NCBI GenBank assembly: GCA_024402815.1
Contig: JAKSTB010000001.1
Location: 1-45,438, forward strand
Direction: 5' to 3'
Source: Alphaproteobacteria bacterium
GTDB lineage: Bacteria > Pseudomonadota > Alphaproteobacteria > Rs-D84
DNA: 45,438 nt
The notes beneath the pieces are model-generated. The model ran no database searches. It was not told where the DNA came from and worked only from the letters and a program-made list of their open reading frames with translations. The position numbers were made by a program, and so were the translations under genes. Within the stretch, counting starts at the first letter, position 1; the number at the start of each line of letters is the position of its first letter. Positions 35,979-43,862 of this stretch are shown here, one piece after another.

Positions 35979-36455
35979 TTACACATAACGCGAAGTATTT
36001 GCATGTGTCAAAGCAATCGCAATCGCATCACTTTCATCAGGTGTTTTTGGTTTCGCGTCAGGCAATAAAATAGACAACATTTTATATATTTGCTCTTTGT
36101 CTGCATGCCCCATAGAAGTTAGTGCTTTTTTAACTTTATTTGGTTCGTATTCAAACAACGGTATATCTTTGACCGCAACCGCGGTCATCGCAGCGGCACG
36201 CGCTTGCCCCAACAACAAAGTTGTCTTTGCATTTTTATTCACGAAAATAATTTCCATTCCGCATTCATCAGGTTTAAACGCATCACATATTTCACAAACA
36301 TGTTTGAATATATATGCCAACCTGTCCGCCATAGAATTTTTTGTGGGCGCCAAAATAACACCACTGGCTATGTATTTTCTGGATGCCCCAGATATATCTA
36401 TAATCGCCCAACCAGTATGCAACAGTCCAGGATCAATACCTAAAATTCTTTTCAT
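35979..36455 (-). CDS. ruvC: crossover junction endodeoxyribonuclease RuvC
   Basis: Starts MKRILGIDPGLLHTGWAII, with QARAAAMTAVA and PDESDAIAIALTHA (catalytic acidic residues). Confidence 0.93.
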   Translation of the reverse strand: MKRILGIDPGLLHTGWAIIDISGASRKYIASGVILAPTKNSMADRLAYIFKHVCEICDAFKPDECGMEIIFVNKNAKTTLLLGQARAAAMTAVAVKDIPLFEYEPNKVKKALTSMGHADKEQIYKMLSILLPDAKPKTPDESDAIAIALTHANTSRYV

Positions 36456-36457
36456 TT

Positions 36458-36793
36458 TTATTTCCTGATTGTTATTTTTTCAACCGCATCGCGCCCATAA
36501 TAATTATTTATTTTTTCACATATATCATTAACCTGGTACGATAATTCCAACGCAAACGCAGGCGTACTGGGACGTAAAACAATATTGAATTTATTATTGC
36601 GTGTCATTTTCACAGCCACCACTTTGGCCATATTTGCAATTTGATTGCCAACAATAGCACTGAAATTTGCGGACAAATCTGAATCAGACGCCCTTACACC
36701 AAACCTTTGTAATAAATTACCAAAAGATGCCCCCAATGTTTGTGGTCTGGATTTTCTGGTATCTAAATTTACTTTCTTATCTTGGTTTGACAT
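36458..36793 (-). CDS. DUF721 (DciA-like) domain protein
   Basis: 111 aa. The segment FSAIVGNQIANMAKVVAVKM..NKFNIVLRPSTPAFALELSYQVNDICEKINNYYGRDAVEKITIR fits the DUF721 pattern (W..ivG..la.h..p..l..g.L.v.v.s..wa.eL......i...in...G...v..i.f). Confidence 0.7.
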   Translation of the reverse strand: MSNQDKKVNLDTRKSRPQTLGASFGNLLQRFGVRASDSDLSANFSAIVGNQIANMAKVVAVKMTRNNKFNIVLRPSTPAFALELSYQVNDICEKINNYYGRDAVEKITIRK

Positions 36794-37871
36794 AAGTATA
36801 CTCTTTCGGCATCAGTATAAACATTTGTCCCTGACTGTGTTGACCATGCGCAACCTGGTATGCTTCATCGCCAGATCCAAAGAATATATCTGCACGAATC
36901 CATCCCTTGATTGCACCACCTGTATCTTGAGCGACCATCAAACGATTAAATGACCGACCATCAGATAAAGATGTGTTGATGTATACTGGCATTCCCAATG
37001 TATACAGAGAATCATCCATTGCGATACTGCGTATTTTTGATAGCTGGGTTCCCAATTTCCCAATCACGCTGTGTTGTTCTGTTTCATAGAAATAAACATA
37101 ACGTGGATTGTTGTATATAACCTCTTTCGCCAAAGATGGATTTTTCTTCAAATGTGTCCACACAGCATCAGCAGAATATCCACCTTCTGGTTTTATACCT
37201 TTTTCTTTTAATTGTCCACCAATAGATTTAAACGGCATATCATTAACCGCGGCAAAATTCAATTTAACCATACTGCCGTCTTCCAATTTTAACATACCAC
37301 TGCCTTGGATTTGCAGGTTTTGAACATCAACTATATTTGCCCAATATAAAACGCGCCCTATTCTTTTATTTACAATATTGCGTTTTGAAACACCCTTGTA
37401 GTTTGCACCATTGATTGGCACACCCATAATAGGTTCATTGCATTTTGCAGTTTGTTTTCTGCACCCATCTATCACAGGCGAATAATAACCAGTATAAGTT
37501 CCAGTTTTACTGCCGTTTTCATTATAAACCTGATACGGTTGAAAATGCGATTCAAACCAAGCCCTGACCGTTGCTATATCAGCAGAAGCGCTGGGCAACA
37601 TATTGCATTTTTCCCGCATCAATTCTGGGTCGGGTATCACAGAACCTTTGTATTGTAATTTCGCTTTGCATGTATTACGAAAGGCCTGAAGAGCATAACG
37701 CACGTCATCATTACGCCACCCTGGTAAAGCAGAATAAGAAACTGGGCGCATATTAGACGGTATCTTTGAATTATTACCAACATGGGTTGGACTGGACAAA
37801 TCACAGCCCGCAATACCAGCCACCAGGCCGAACAAACATAAAAAACGCGCCAATCTATTTAATATTAACAT
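36777..37871 (-). CDS. mltA: membrane-bound lytic murein transglycosylase A (lipoprotein)
   Basis: Lipobox LVAGIAGC, MltA-specific region (ALQAFRNTC...TGYYSP) and the 3D domain (AQDTGGAIKGWIRADIFFGSGDEA). Confidence 0.85.
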   Translation of the reverse strand: MLILNRLARFLCLFGLVAGIAGCDLSSPTHVGNNSKIPSNMRPVSYSALPGWRNDDVRYALQAFRNTCKAKLQYKGSVIPDPELMREKCNMLPSASADIATVRAWFESHFQPYQVYNENGSKTGTYTGYYSPVIDGCRKQTAKCNEPIMGVPINGANYKGVSKRNIVNKRIGRVLYWANIVDVQNLQIQGSGMLKLEDGSMVKLNFAAVNDMPFKSIGGQLKEKGIKPEGGYSADAVWTHLKKNPSLAKEVIYNNPRYVYFYETEQHSVIGKLGTQLSKIRSIAMDDSLYTLGMPVYINTSLSDGRSFNRLMVAQDTGGAIKGWIRADIFFGSGDEAYQVAHGQHSQGQMFILMPKEYTYVKPR

Positions 37872-37887
37872 TTTTTATCTCCCCCAC

Positions 37888-37916
37888 TTGTAAAACCCAT
37901 TTCTTAATGCTATATT
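37888..37916 (+). promoter_or_regulatory. sigma70-like promoter candidate upstream of secB
   Basis: TTGTAA (37888-37893), a 17-nt spacer, then an extended -10 TGcTATATT (37908-37916). Confidence 0.4.
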
Positions 37917-37951
37917 ATCATAAAACCGAGGATAAAAAAAGGAGCAATCGT

Positions 37952-38404
37952 ATGCCAAAGTTTAATATTATATCTCAATTCTTAAAAGACATCTCTTTTG
38001 AAAGTCCAAATGTCCCAGAATTGTTCTTTAAACAAGAAAACAATCCAGCCAAAGTTGAAATCAATATCGATATCAATATCAAAGGTTCTGAAAACAATCT
38101 GTATATGGTTGATTTGAATACCAAAGTTCACTCAAAAATTGAAAAAGACAATAAAACAATCTTCTTGATTGAATGCACATATTCTGGATTGGTTCAATAT
38201 GAAGAAAAGAACGAAGAAGAACAAAGAAAAACATTCTTTATCGATGTTCCAACATTGTTGTTCCCTGCAGTTCGCGCTTTGGTAACCAGATCAACTGCTG
38301 AATCTGGATTCCCAGCTTTGACATTACAACCTGTTGATTTTGCCGCATTGTATGAACAAAGGGTAAATTCTGCGAAACAGGAACAAAAACCAGAAGCAAA
38401 ATAA
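37952..38404 (+). CDS. secB: protein-export chaperone SecB
   Basis: The ATG at 37952 has AAAGGAG upstream. The protein starts MPKFNIISQFLKDISFESPNVPELFF and contains LFPAVRALVTRSTAESGFPALTLQPVDFAALYEQ. The track's longer ORF (from 37766) overlaps mltA and was rejected. Confidence 0.9.
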   Translation: MPKFNIISQFLKDISFESPNVPELFFKQENNPAKVEINIDINIKGSENNLYMVDLNTKVHSKIEKDNKTIFLIECTYSGLVQYEEKNEEEQRKTFFIDVPTLLFPAVRALVTRSTAESGFPALTLQPVDFAALYEQRVNSAKQEQKPEAK

Positions 38405-38418
38405 TATCTATAAAACAA

Positions 38419-38447
38419 TAAAAAAACCGGCAAATGCCGGTTTTTTT
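38419..38447. terminator. bidirectional Rho-independent terminator between secB and the yebC-family gene
   Basis: The sequence aaaaaaaACCGGC-aaat-GCCGGTttttttt forms a stem flanked by an A-run and a T-run, between convergent genes. Confidence 0.7.
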
Positions 38448-38465
38448 ATAACAAATTTTGATGCT

Positions 38466-39182
38466 TTATGCGGCGGCTGTGAATACCTTTTGCACATCGT
38501 CATTATCATCCAACGCATCAACCAATCTTTCGATTTTTGCGTATGCTTCATCATCTAAATCCATTGGCATATTTGGAACCCATGTGATTTCAGCATTTTC
38601 AGGTTCACCCAATTTATCAGCCAATGTCTTTTGAATATTCATAAAATTATCGGTCTTGGTTGTGATGATGAAACCTTCTTCGGATGTTTCCAGGTTATCG
38701 GCATCAACTTCCATGACCAATTCCATCATTTCATCTTCGGTTTTACCAATGCTGGCAGGATACATAATTTGTCCCACATGTGTGAACATGAAAACAACCG
38801 AACCTTCTTCGCCCATGTTGCCACCATTTTTGGCAAAAATATTACGAATTTCAGGTACTGTTCTGCGTGGATTATCGGTCAAAGCTTCAACAATCACAGG
38901 CACTGCATTTGGGCCATAACCTTCGTAACGAACCGCCACGAAATTATCTGTATTTGCACCAGATGCCTTTTCAATAGCACGTTTAATGTTATCATTAGGC
39001 ATAGAATTTTTACGTGCTTGTAAAATTGCCAAACGCAATCTTGGGTTGTTATCTGGATTTTTATCGCCCAATTTTGCCGCCATAGTTATTTCACGTGCCA
39101 GTTTTGTAAACAAACCACTACGTGCTGCATCAACCAATCCTTTTTTGTGTTGGATGTTATGCCATTTGCTGTGTCCACTCAT
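38466..39182 (-). CDS. YebC/PmpR family DNA-binding transcriptional regulator
   Basis: The N-terminus MSGHSKWHNIQHKKGLVDAARSGLFTKLAREITMAAKLGDKNPDNNPRLRLAI is diagnostic. Confidence 0.93.
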   Translation of the reverse strand: MSGHSKWHNIQHKKGLVDAARSGLFTKLAREITMAAKLGDKNPDNNPRLRLAILQARKNSMPNDNIKRAIEKASGANTDNFVAVRYEGYGPNAVPVIVEALTDNPRRTVPEIRNIFAKNGGNMGEEGSVVFMFTHVGQIMYPASIGKTEDEMMELVMEVDADNLETSEEGFIITTKTDNFMNIQKTLADKLGEPENAEITWVPNMPMDLDDEAYAKIERLVDALDDNDDVQKVFTAAA

Positions 39183-39184
39183 AT

Positions 39185-39213
39185 TTGACCTTTTGATTTT
39201 ATTATATTAAAAT
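39185..39213 (+). promoter_or_regulatory. sigma70-like promoter candidate upstream of ruvA
   Basis: TTGACC (39185-39190), a 17-nt spacer, then TAAAAT (39208-39213). The AAAGGA RBS precedes the ATG at 39233. Confidence 0.35.
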
Positions 39214-39232
39214 TACCAACAAAGGATAACAA

Positions 39233-39802
39233 ATGATTGGAAAATTGCAAGGTGTAATTGATTATATCGGTGACGGATATGTCATTTTAATGGTGAACGG
39301 CGTGGGATATAAAGTATATACCCCTGAAATTTTATCCCCAAAGGCAAATGTAGCCCTGTGGATAGAAACCGTCGTTCGCGAAGATTCTATCCGTTTATTC
39401 GGGTTTTCAAGCATCGCCGGGCAAAACCTGTTTAATCAATTGACTACCGTTTCTGGCGTTGGGCCCAAGGTTGCATTGGCCATTATGTCCACGATAAAGA
39501 CAGATATTTTAATGACCGCCATTGCCACGGGTGATGCAAAAACAATTGCAACAACCCCTGGGGTCGGCAAAAAGGTTGCCGAAAAAATCATAGTTGAATT
39601 GAAAAACAAAATGGGCGGTGGCAATTTTGATTTTGGAAATGAAATGGGTGGTGCTTTGCCTGATTTGTTGTCGGCATTAGAATCTTTGGGTTATCGCCGT
39701 ATGGATATTGTTGATATGGCACAAAAATTGGTTTCACAAAACCCAGATTTAAATGTTTCAAAACTGGTCCCAATGGCATTAAAAGAAATAAGTAATAAAT
39801 AA
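39233..39802 (+). CDS. ruvA: Holliday junction branch migration complex subunit RuvA
   Basis: Starts MIGKLQGVIDYIGDGYVILMVNGVGYKV, has HhH motifs (LTTVSGVGPKVALAIMS; TTPGVGKKVAEKII) and domain III (LESLGYRRMDI). Confidence 0.9.
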   Translation: MIGKLQGVIDYIGDGYVILMVNGVGYKVYTPEILSPKANVALWIETVVREDSIRLFGFSSIAGQNLFNQLTTVSGVGPKVALAIMSTIKTDILMTAIATGDAKTIATTPGVGKKVAEKIIVELKNKMGGGNFDFGNEMGGALPDLLSALESLGYRRMDIVDMAQKLVSQNPDLNVSKLVPMALKEISNK

Positions 39803-40914
39803 TGAATAAATTTGTTCACTATTTTCACAAAGGCATTCAACGTATAAGGAATAATCTATACGAACGAATCAAATCTGTTGATAATTTACGTGGAATGTAC
39901 TCTTTGGATTTTCATGATTTGTCCGCATTGGACTTATCTGCTATGAGTAATTTATTTACAGACCAATACCCCAAAGATAATTCCGTTATCGGTGGCTGGA
40001 CTGAAAATGTAATATGGCCAACACAAGACAAAATGCCACAGAATTTTAACCCAACAGAAATACTTAAAACATCCAAACACCCATTATTTATGGATGAATT
40101 ACACAAAAAAAATATTACTGGTCGAGGTGTAAATGTTGCAATAATTGATACGACACTAAACCGTGATCATCCAGAATATGCACACGCAATAAAATATTAT
40201 TCTGAAAACGACACATTACGTGACACCCCAAACACTCACCCCGTAATGCATGGCAGTTTGGTTTGCAGTGCATTGGCAGGAAAAGAATGTGGCACCGCAC
40301 CAGATGTCAGCATATTTTATTTTGCAGATGGAATGAAAGGCGATTTTAATCAACAACTTATCGCATTAAAAAAAGTACTCGATTTACAAAAAAAATTACC
40401 AGATAAAGACAAAATACGGATTTTATCTTGCAGTTTTGGCATAGAAGCTAATTCTACTGGCACAAAAAATACGCCAGAATGCATTGCAGAAACCCACAAG
40501 GTATTACAAGAATTACATGATAGCGGGATACTTGTTATACAGTGCGATGGTAAAGAGTTCTTTAATTTTAATCCAAAATTTGGACCCCAAAAAACAGATA
40601 CTATCAGTATTCCAACCGACGCTCGAACATTTGCATATTACAAGGGTGGTTACAAATACGGAAATTCAAACGGTGACTCCGCAGCTGCACCATATTTGGC
40701 CGGTGTTATCGCATGTGCATTACAAGGAAACCAAATTTTTTGCACACGTCCAAACTGGATTGATGAAATAAAAGATATTATGAAACGCACCGCAACAGAA
40801 TCTGAAAATGGCGGAAAAATCGTAAATCCATACGGAATCGTAAATGCTGTTTCTGAAATTGCACGCACAATGGAAATACAACTAATAAAACAACAAAGCA
40901 TACAACATGAATAA
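39802..40914 (+). CDS. S8 (subtilisin-like) serine peptidase homologue, no obvious signal peptide
   Basis: Asp context GRGVNVAIIDTTL, His context HGSLVCSALAG, Ser context GDSAAAPYLAGVIAC (compare GTSMAxPhvAG). The start overlaps the ruvA stop (TAATG). The 3' end overlaps the mnmE start by 8 nt. Confidence 0.75.
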   Translation: MNKFVHYFHKGIQRIRNNLYERIKSVDNLRGMYSLDFHDLSALDLSAMSNLFTDQYPKDNSVIGGWTENVIWPTQDKMPQNFNPTEILKTSKHPLFMDELHKKNITGRGVNVAIIDTTLNRDHPEYAHAIKYYSENDTLRDTPNTHPVMHGSLVCSALAGKECGTAPDVSIFYFADGMKGDFNQQLIALKKVLDLQKKLPDKDKIRILSCSFGIEANSTGTKNTPECIAETHKVLQELHDSGILVIQCDGKEFFNFNPKFGPQKTDTISIPTDARTFAYYKGGYKYGNSNGDSAAAPYLAGVIACALQGNQIFCTRPNWIDEIKDIMKRTATESENGGKIVNPYGIVNAVSEIARTMEIQLIKQQSIQHE

Positions 40915-42199
40915 CGATACTATTTTTGCATTATCAAGTGCACCTGGAAAATCTGGTGTTGCAGTTATCAGGGTCAGTGGTAATAATTTATCATCGCTTT
41001 TTGAACACATTGTGAATAAATCTGATATAAAACCGCGCTATGCATATTACACAAATTTTAAAGATGATAATGGCGATTTAATCGATCAATGTATCACTAT
41101 GTTTTTTAATGCGCCCCATTCTTTCACAGGCGAAGATGTCATTGAAATTTATTCACATGGCGCACCCGCGGTTATCGATAAAATATTTGAATTTTTACGC
41201 ACAAAAGGCGCACGAATTGCAACACGTGGTGAATTTTCTAAACGTGCGTTTTATAATAACAAAATGGATTTAACTGGTGTTGATGGTTTAATTGCTTTGT
41301 TAAATGCCCAAACAGATAAACAACGTCAAAGTGCACTGCGTTCATTGACAGGAAATGATTCCAAAACTTATTTCAATTGGCGAAATAAAATGATTGAAAT
41401 ATCTGCATATGCGGCGGCTATACTTGATTATGATGCAGACGATTTACCAAAAGATATTGATAAAAAAATAGTCAAAGAAACAGAACAATTATTAAATGAA
41501 TTGAAAAATGCTGTATCTGGTTTTCGCGCATCACACACATTGCGTAATGGAATAAATATAGTTTTGGCGGGCGAAACAAATGTTGGAAAATCATCACTGT
41601 TTAATAAAATAGTCGGTTCAAATCGCGCAATCGTTTCGGATATCGCCGGCACAACACGTGATGTTGTATCCACCCAAATTGATATAGATGGTTATTTAAT
41701 CAATCTATCCGATACAGCTGGAATCCGCGAATCAAACGATTTAATAGAAAAAATAGGAATTGAGAAAACACATAATGAAATTGAAAATGCTGACATTGTT
41801 TTGTATGTATATAATGATGTTCCAAAACAAATAAATAAAAATGGAATTACGGTTATAAATAAATCTGATTTATTGGAAAACCAATCAAACAAAAATGTTA
41901 TTTATACATCCGCCAAAACAGGCGCCGGTATAACTGAATTATTAAATACAATTAAACAAAAAATTCATGACATTATATCAGGGGCCGAATCTCGCATTGC
42001 TGTTAATGAAAGAACATATGAATATTTATCCACGGCCGTTACAGAATTGGAAAACGCCACAACAAAATACAATGGTAATTATGATGTCTTTTCAGAACAT
42101 GTTCGCGCCGCATCTGATGCAATTGGAAAAATATTAGGTGTTATAACAACGGCAGAAATTGCAGACGCAACATTTTCAAAACTTTGTTTGGGAAAATAA
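40907..42199 (+). CDS. mnmE: tRNA uridine-5-carboxymethylaminomethyl modification GTPase MnmE
   Basis: Starts DTIFALSSAPGKSGVAVIRVSG, has G-domain motifs GETNVGKSSLFN and DTAGIR, and the C-terminal CLGK motif. Confidence 0.95.
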   Translation: MNNDTIFALSSAPGKSGVAVIRVSGNNLSSLFEHIVNKSDIKPRYAYYTNFKDDNGDLIDQCITMFFNAPHSFTGEDVIEIYSHGAPAVIDKIFEFLRTKGARIATRGEFSKRAFYNNKMDLTGVDGLIALLNAQTDKQRQSALRSLTGNDSKTYFNWRNKMIEISAYAAAILDYDADDLPKDIDKKIVKETEQLLNELKNAVSGFRASHTLRNGINIVLAGETNVGKSSLFNKIVGSNRAIVSDIAGTTRDVVSTQIDIDGYLINLSDTAGIRESNDLIEKIGIEKTHNEIENADIVLYVYNDVPKQINKNGITVINKSDLLENQSNKNVIYTSAKTGAGITELLNTIKQKIHDIISGAESRIAVNERTYEYLSTAVTELENATTKYNGNYDVFSEHVRAASDAIGKILGVITTAEIADATFSKLCLGK

Positions 42200-42228
42200 A
42201 AAACCGCCAATACGGCGGTTTTTTTTAT
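42198..42228. terminator. bidirectional Rho-independent terminator between mnmE and ANL paralogue 1
   Basis: The sequence aaaaaaCCGCC-aatac-GGCGGtttttttt lies between convergent genes. The T-run overlaps the stop codon of the minus-strand gene. Confidence 0.7.
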
Positions 42229-43805
42229 TCATGTCTATCTGGATATTTTCCGTCTATCAAATTTTGACGAACCATGTGATGTTTTACCTTTTGTGTACTG
42301 GTCATAGGCAAATCATCTGTTGTCATTGCAAAATGTGTTACCCATTTATATGATGCTACTTTTTTATTTGCATTTGCTACTTCGGATAACAATTTATCCA
42401 TCGTCATCCCCTGTTCTACTTGGAATACACCATATGTTACGGTTTTATCGTTTACTTTGTGTTCAAACACTGCTACGTTCTTCACTCCTTCGATTTCCAT
42501 AAACAATGCTTCCAATTCATCTGGATATACATTTTTACCACTGTCTAAAACTATCACTTGTTTTTTACGACCAGCAAAATGTAATTCACCATTTTTATCC
42601 ATATACATCATATCACCAGTATTAAAGAAACCTTTTTCATCAAATACCAATGCGTTTGCTTCTGGATTATTAAGGTATCCATTAAACACCTGGTGACCAC
42701 GAACCCATAATACACCAACGCCATTTTCATCTTTGTCGCGAATTTCACACTCATTATTAGATGTTGATCCGCCAACTGAATAAGGCATTCTTTTGCTGGT
42801 TGGTTTTGAAATACAGATTGGCCCAACAGTTTCAGTTAAACCATAACCCTGGATAAATGCCAACCCCAAAGATTCATAGAAATTTTCAACCTCTGGTTTA
42901 GTGGCGGCACCACCTGCAATCAACAATCTGACACGACCACCAAAAATCGCCAACAAAGGTTCTTGGACTTTGCGAACAAAGAAATCCAATCCCATATCTT
43001 TCAATGTTTTTTGGTTATTCAAAATGAAAGACGCAACACGCCATTTCTTTTGTGCCTTCATTCCATCAATAATTTTATTGCGGAACAATTCCAAAACACG
43101 TGGCACCACAGGAATAACATGTGGTTGGAATTTTTGAAAATCATCTAAAATGTATTTAGGATTTATCACAGGTTGCAAAACCAATCCGCCACCATATTGA
43201 ATTGTTCCCAAAATACAAACTGCAAATCCAAAGATGTGATACAGTGGCAAAAATCCGTACATGATTTCGCCAGAATGATAATAATCAGACATATCTTCCA
43301 ATGAATTTGCACATTCTGTTAAATTAAAATGTGTCAAAGGCACAACCTTTGGCATTCCAGTTGAACCAGATGTAAATGACATAATCGCAACATCTGTGGA
43401 TTCAGAAGGATAAGGCCTTAAATCATAATCAATTTCACCATCTTTGTGTGTTATATCTAAAAATGTAAATTTATCTGTTTTATAAAAGAACGAAGGTTCA
43501 GCGCAAACAAATTTACATCCTGCAACCTGGGTCATGTTGTCATATTCAAAAGGTGTTAAATTTGTATCCAACATTAACACAGTTGCACCCAAATACCATA
43601 TTGCAAACAAAGTCAAAGGAAATTGAGGCAAATTATGCGATAAAATACCAACAACATCACCATGCTTGATTCCCGCATCACGCAAAGTTGCAGCGCGTGC
43701 ACGAACCTGATCTACGAATTGGGAATACATAATACCTTCACGAACCAAAAACACATTCTCTGGCCATTGATTCACAGCATTTTCTAACTTTTGATACATA
43801 TTCAT
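42225..43805 (-). CDS. AMP-dependent synthetase/ligase (ANL family; long-chain acyl-CoA/ACP synthetase-like), paralogue 1
   Basis: Contains the AMP-binding motif SFTSGSTGMPKVVPLTH, plus GYGLTET, TGDMMYMDKNGELHFAGRKK and YPDELE. The start is at 43805 (MNMYQ) or 43799. Confidence 0.88.
   Translation of the reverse strand: MNMYQKLENAVNQWPENVFLVREGIMYSQFVDQVRARAATLRDAGIKHGDVVGILSHNLPQFPLTLFAIWYLGATVLMLDTNLTPFEYDNMTQVAGCKFVCAEPSFFYKTDKFTFLDITHKDGEIDYDLRPYPSESTDVAIMSFTSGSTGMPKVVPLTHFNLTECANSLEDMSDYYHSGEIMYGFLPLYHIFGFAVCILGTIQYGGGLVLQPVINPKYILDDFQKFQPHVIPVVPRVLELFRNKIIDGMKAQKKWRVASFILNNQKTLKDMGLDFFVRKVQEPLLAIFGGRVRLLIAGGAATKPEVENFYESLGLAFIQGYGLTETVGPICISKPTSKRMPYSVGGSTSNNECEIRDKDENGVGVLWVRGHQVFNGYLNNPEANALVFDEKGFFNTGDMMYMDKNGELHFAGRKKQVIVLDSGKNVYPDELEALFMEIEGVKNVAVFEHKVNDKTVTYGVFQVEQGMTMDKLLSEVANANKKVASYKWVTHFAMTTDDLPMTSTQKVKHHMVRQNLIDGKYPDRHE
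42243..42356. repeat. 114-nt near-identical segment (3' coding end of ANL paralogue 1); partner at 43881-43994
   Basis: Direct comparison of the two stretches shows 2 mismatches in 114 nt (a/t in ggtcatA/Tggc; t/g in aaatgT/Ggtt). Confidence 0.9.
43746..43800. repeat. 55-nt identical segment (5' coding end of ANL paralogue 1); partner at 45384-45438
   Basis: The sequence caaaaacacattctctggccattgattcacagcattttctaacttttgatacata is identical in both copies. Confidence 0.9.
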
Positions 43806-43862
43806 AATGCAATCCTTTTTTCATTTTGGCTGCGCAATTAAATGTACAGCCAACACCTATCT

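Noticed and set aside
36097-36468. 123-codon ORF antisense to ruvC, and similar ORFs antisense to the yebC-family gene (38631-39023)
   Set aside because: Shadow ORFs within conserved genes.
37766-37951. 62-codon upstream extension of the secB ORF
   Set aside because: It overlaps the mltA 5' region and the promoter-like sequence. The ATG at 37952 has a strong AAAGGAG RBS and gives the standard SecB N-terminus.
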